Assembly (NCBI GenBank): GCA_964576745.1
Contig: CAZNUY010000003.1
Location: forward strand, 1-54,037
Length of the DNA stretch: 54,037 bases
Direction of reading: 5' to 3'
DNA from: an uncultured Candidatus Saccharibacteria bacterium
GTDB taxonomy: Bacteria > Patescibacteriota > Minisyncoccia > Phycocordibacterales > PALSA-1337
Shown here: one piece after another, positions 53,624 to 54,037 of the stretch
How the letters are laid out: each line of letters begins with the position of its first letter
How positions within the stretch are numbered: position 1 is the stretch's first letter
Notes under the pieces: generated by a model
Seen by the model: the letters and a program-made list of their open reading frames with translations, nothing else
What the model was told of the DNA's origin: nothing
Database searches by the model: none
Program-made: the position numbers and the translations under genes

Positions 53624-53821
53624 CTAGGCCTTTGCTTTGATTTTCTTTGGGGCCATATCGATGACCTTTCTTCCTTTATAAGAACCGCAATTCATACAAA
53701 TACGGTGACTCTGGTGCAAAGCGTTGCAATTTTTGCACTTAGAAAAATGAACGACCGTAAGAGCGTGATGTGATCGTCTATTATTGCGATGTGAGCGCGT
53801 TGCGCGCATTCGGTTTACCAT
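53624..53821 (-). CDS. rpmF: 50S ribosomal protein L32
   Basis: 65-aa product MVNRMRATRSHRNNRRSHHAL...CKNC...CMNCGSYKG. The upstream part of ORF 53624..54010 is judged non-coding. Confidence 0.8.
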   Translation of the reverse strand: MVNRMRATRSHRNNRRSHHALTVVHFSKCKNCNALHQSHRICMNCGSYKGRKVIDMAPKKIKAKA

Positions 53822-53982
53822 GACACTAATATTACATATTTTTATTTTTTGTGCAACTTCTACAAAACTCTCGAAATGTAACAATCCCCCGCGAGGTCTT
53901 AGTACCCGATTTAAGATCGTTCGTATTTCTGAAGCATTGATAGAAGATAAAAAATCTGTTACAGTCTTATCCGTAAGTATTA

Positions 53983-54037
53983 CCGCCCATAGCTCAGTCT
54001 GGTAGAGCACTCGCCTCTTAAGCGATTGGTCGTTGGT
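53983..54037 (+). tRNA. tRNA-Lys (anticodon CTT), 3' part truncated by the window end
   Basis: TAGCTCAGTCTGGTAGAGC D-arm and anticodon loop CTCTTAA. The 5' boundary is approximate and one anticodon-stem pair is mismatched. Confidence 0.55.

Noticed and set aside
53822-54010. N-terminal 63 aa of ORF 53624-54010
   Set aside because: L32 begins at the internal MVNRMRATRS. The upstream extension has no L32 similarity and overlaps the antisense strand of the tRNA-Lys 5' end.

Overview
Low-GC bacterial chromosome segment (sampled 60-nt lines are about 30% G+C). Almost all genes are on the minus strand, and the content looks like a reduced CPR/Patescibacteria-type genome (lineage is inference). Housekeeping genes: gap, lepA, murJ, RNase P RNA, class II RNR, mraZ-rsmH-ftsL-ftsI-murF, lysS, greA, mreBCD-mrdA, an SMC-like gene, rnc, nusB, rpmF, and tRNA-Gly, tRNA-Glu and a partial tRNA-Lys.

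The main feature is an integrated island of about 18.4 kb (18327-36731). It is bounded by a 22-nt direct repeat of the tRNA-Glu(CUC) 3' end, and a large serine recombinase ORF runs into the tRNA gene.

The island carries:
- a candidate defence-like module: a 950-aa protein with a DUF4365/PD-(D/E)xK-like N-terminus, plus a multi-zinc-ribbon/HTH gene split by a single in-frame TAG;
- a G+C-rich block (about 60%) encoding purM, purD, purN and purL, the consecutive purine steps 2-5, each gene with its own AT-rich promoter and terminator;
- a plasmid-like module: a P-loop NTPase, a DUF5659-like protein, and clusters of 9-bp-phased TTCAC iterons.

The least expected signals are noncoding:
- ORF-less modules next to the tRNA-Gly and tRNA-Glu 3'-end repeats. 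Each contains a split reverse complement of its own tRNA target around an identically spaced hairpin with a GCAG loop.
- A roughly 135-nt three-way-junction element present twice (2506-2643 and 48441-48574), with identical junction strands and fully compensated stems.
- A REP-RAYT unit.
- A 435-bp insert bounded by identical palindromes.

All calls rest on reading the sequence and on remembered family motifs. No searches were run.
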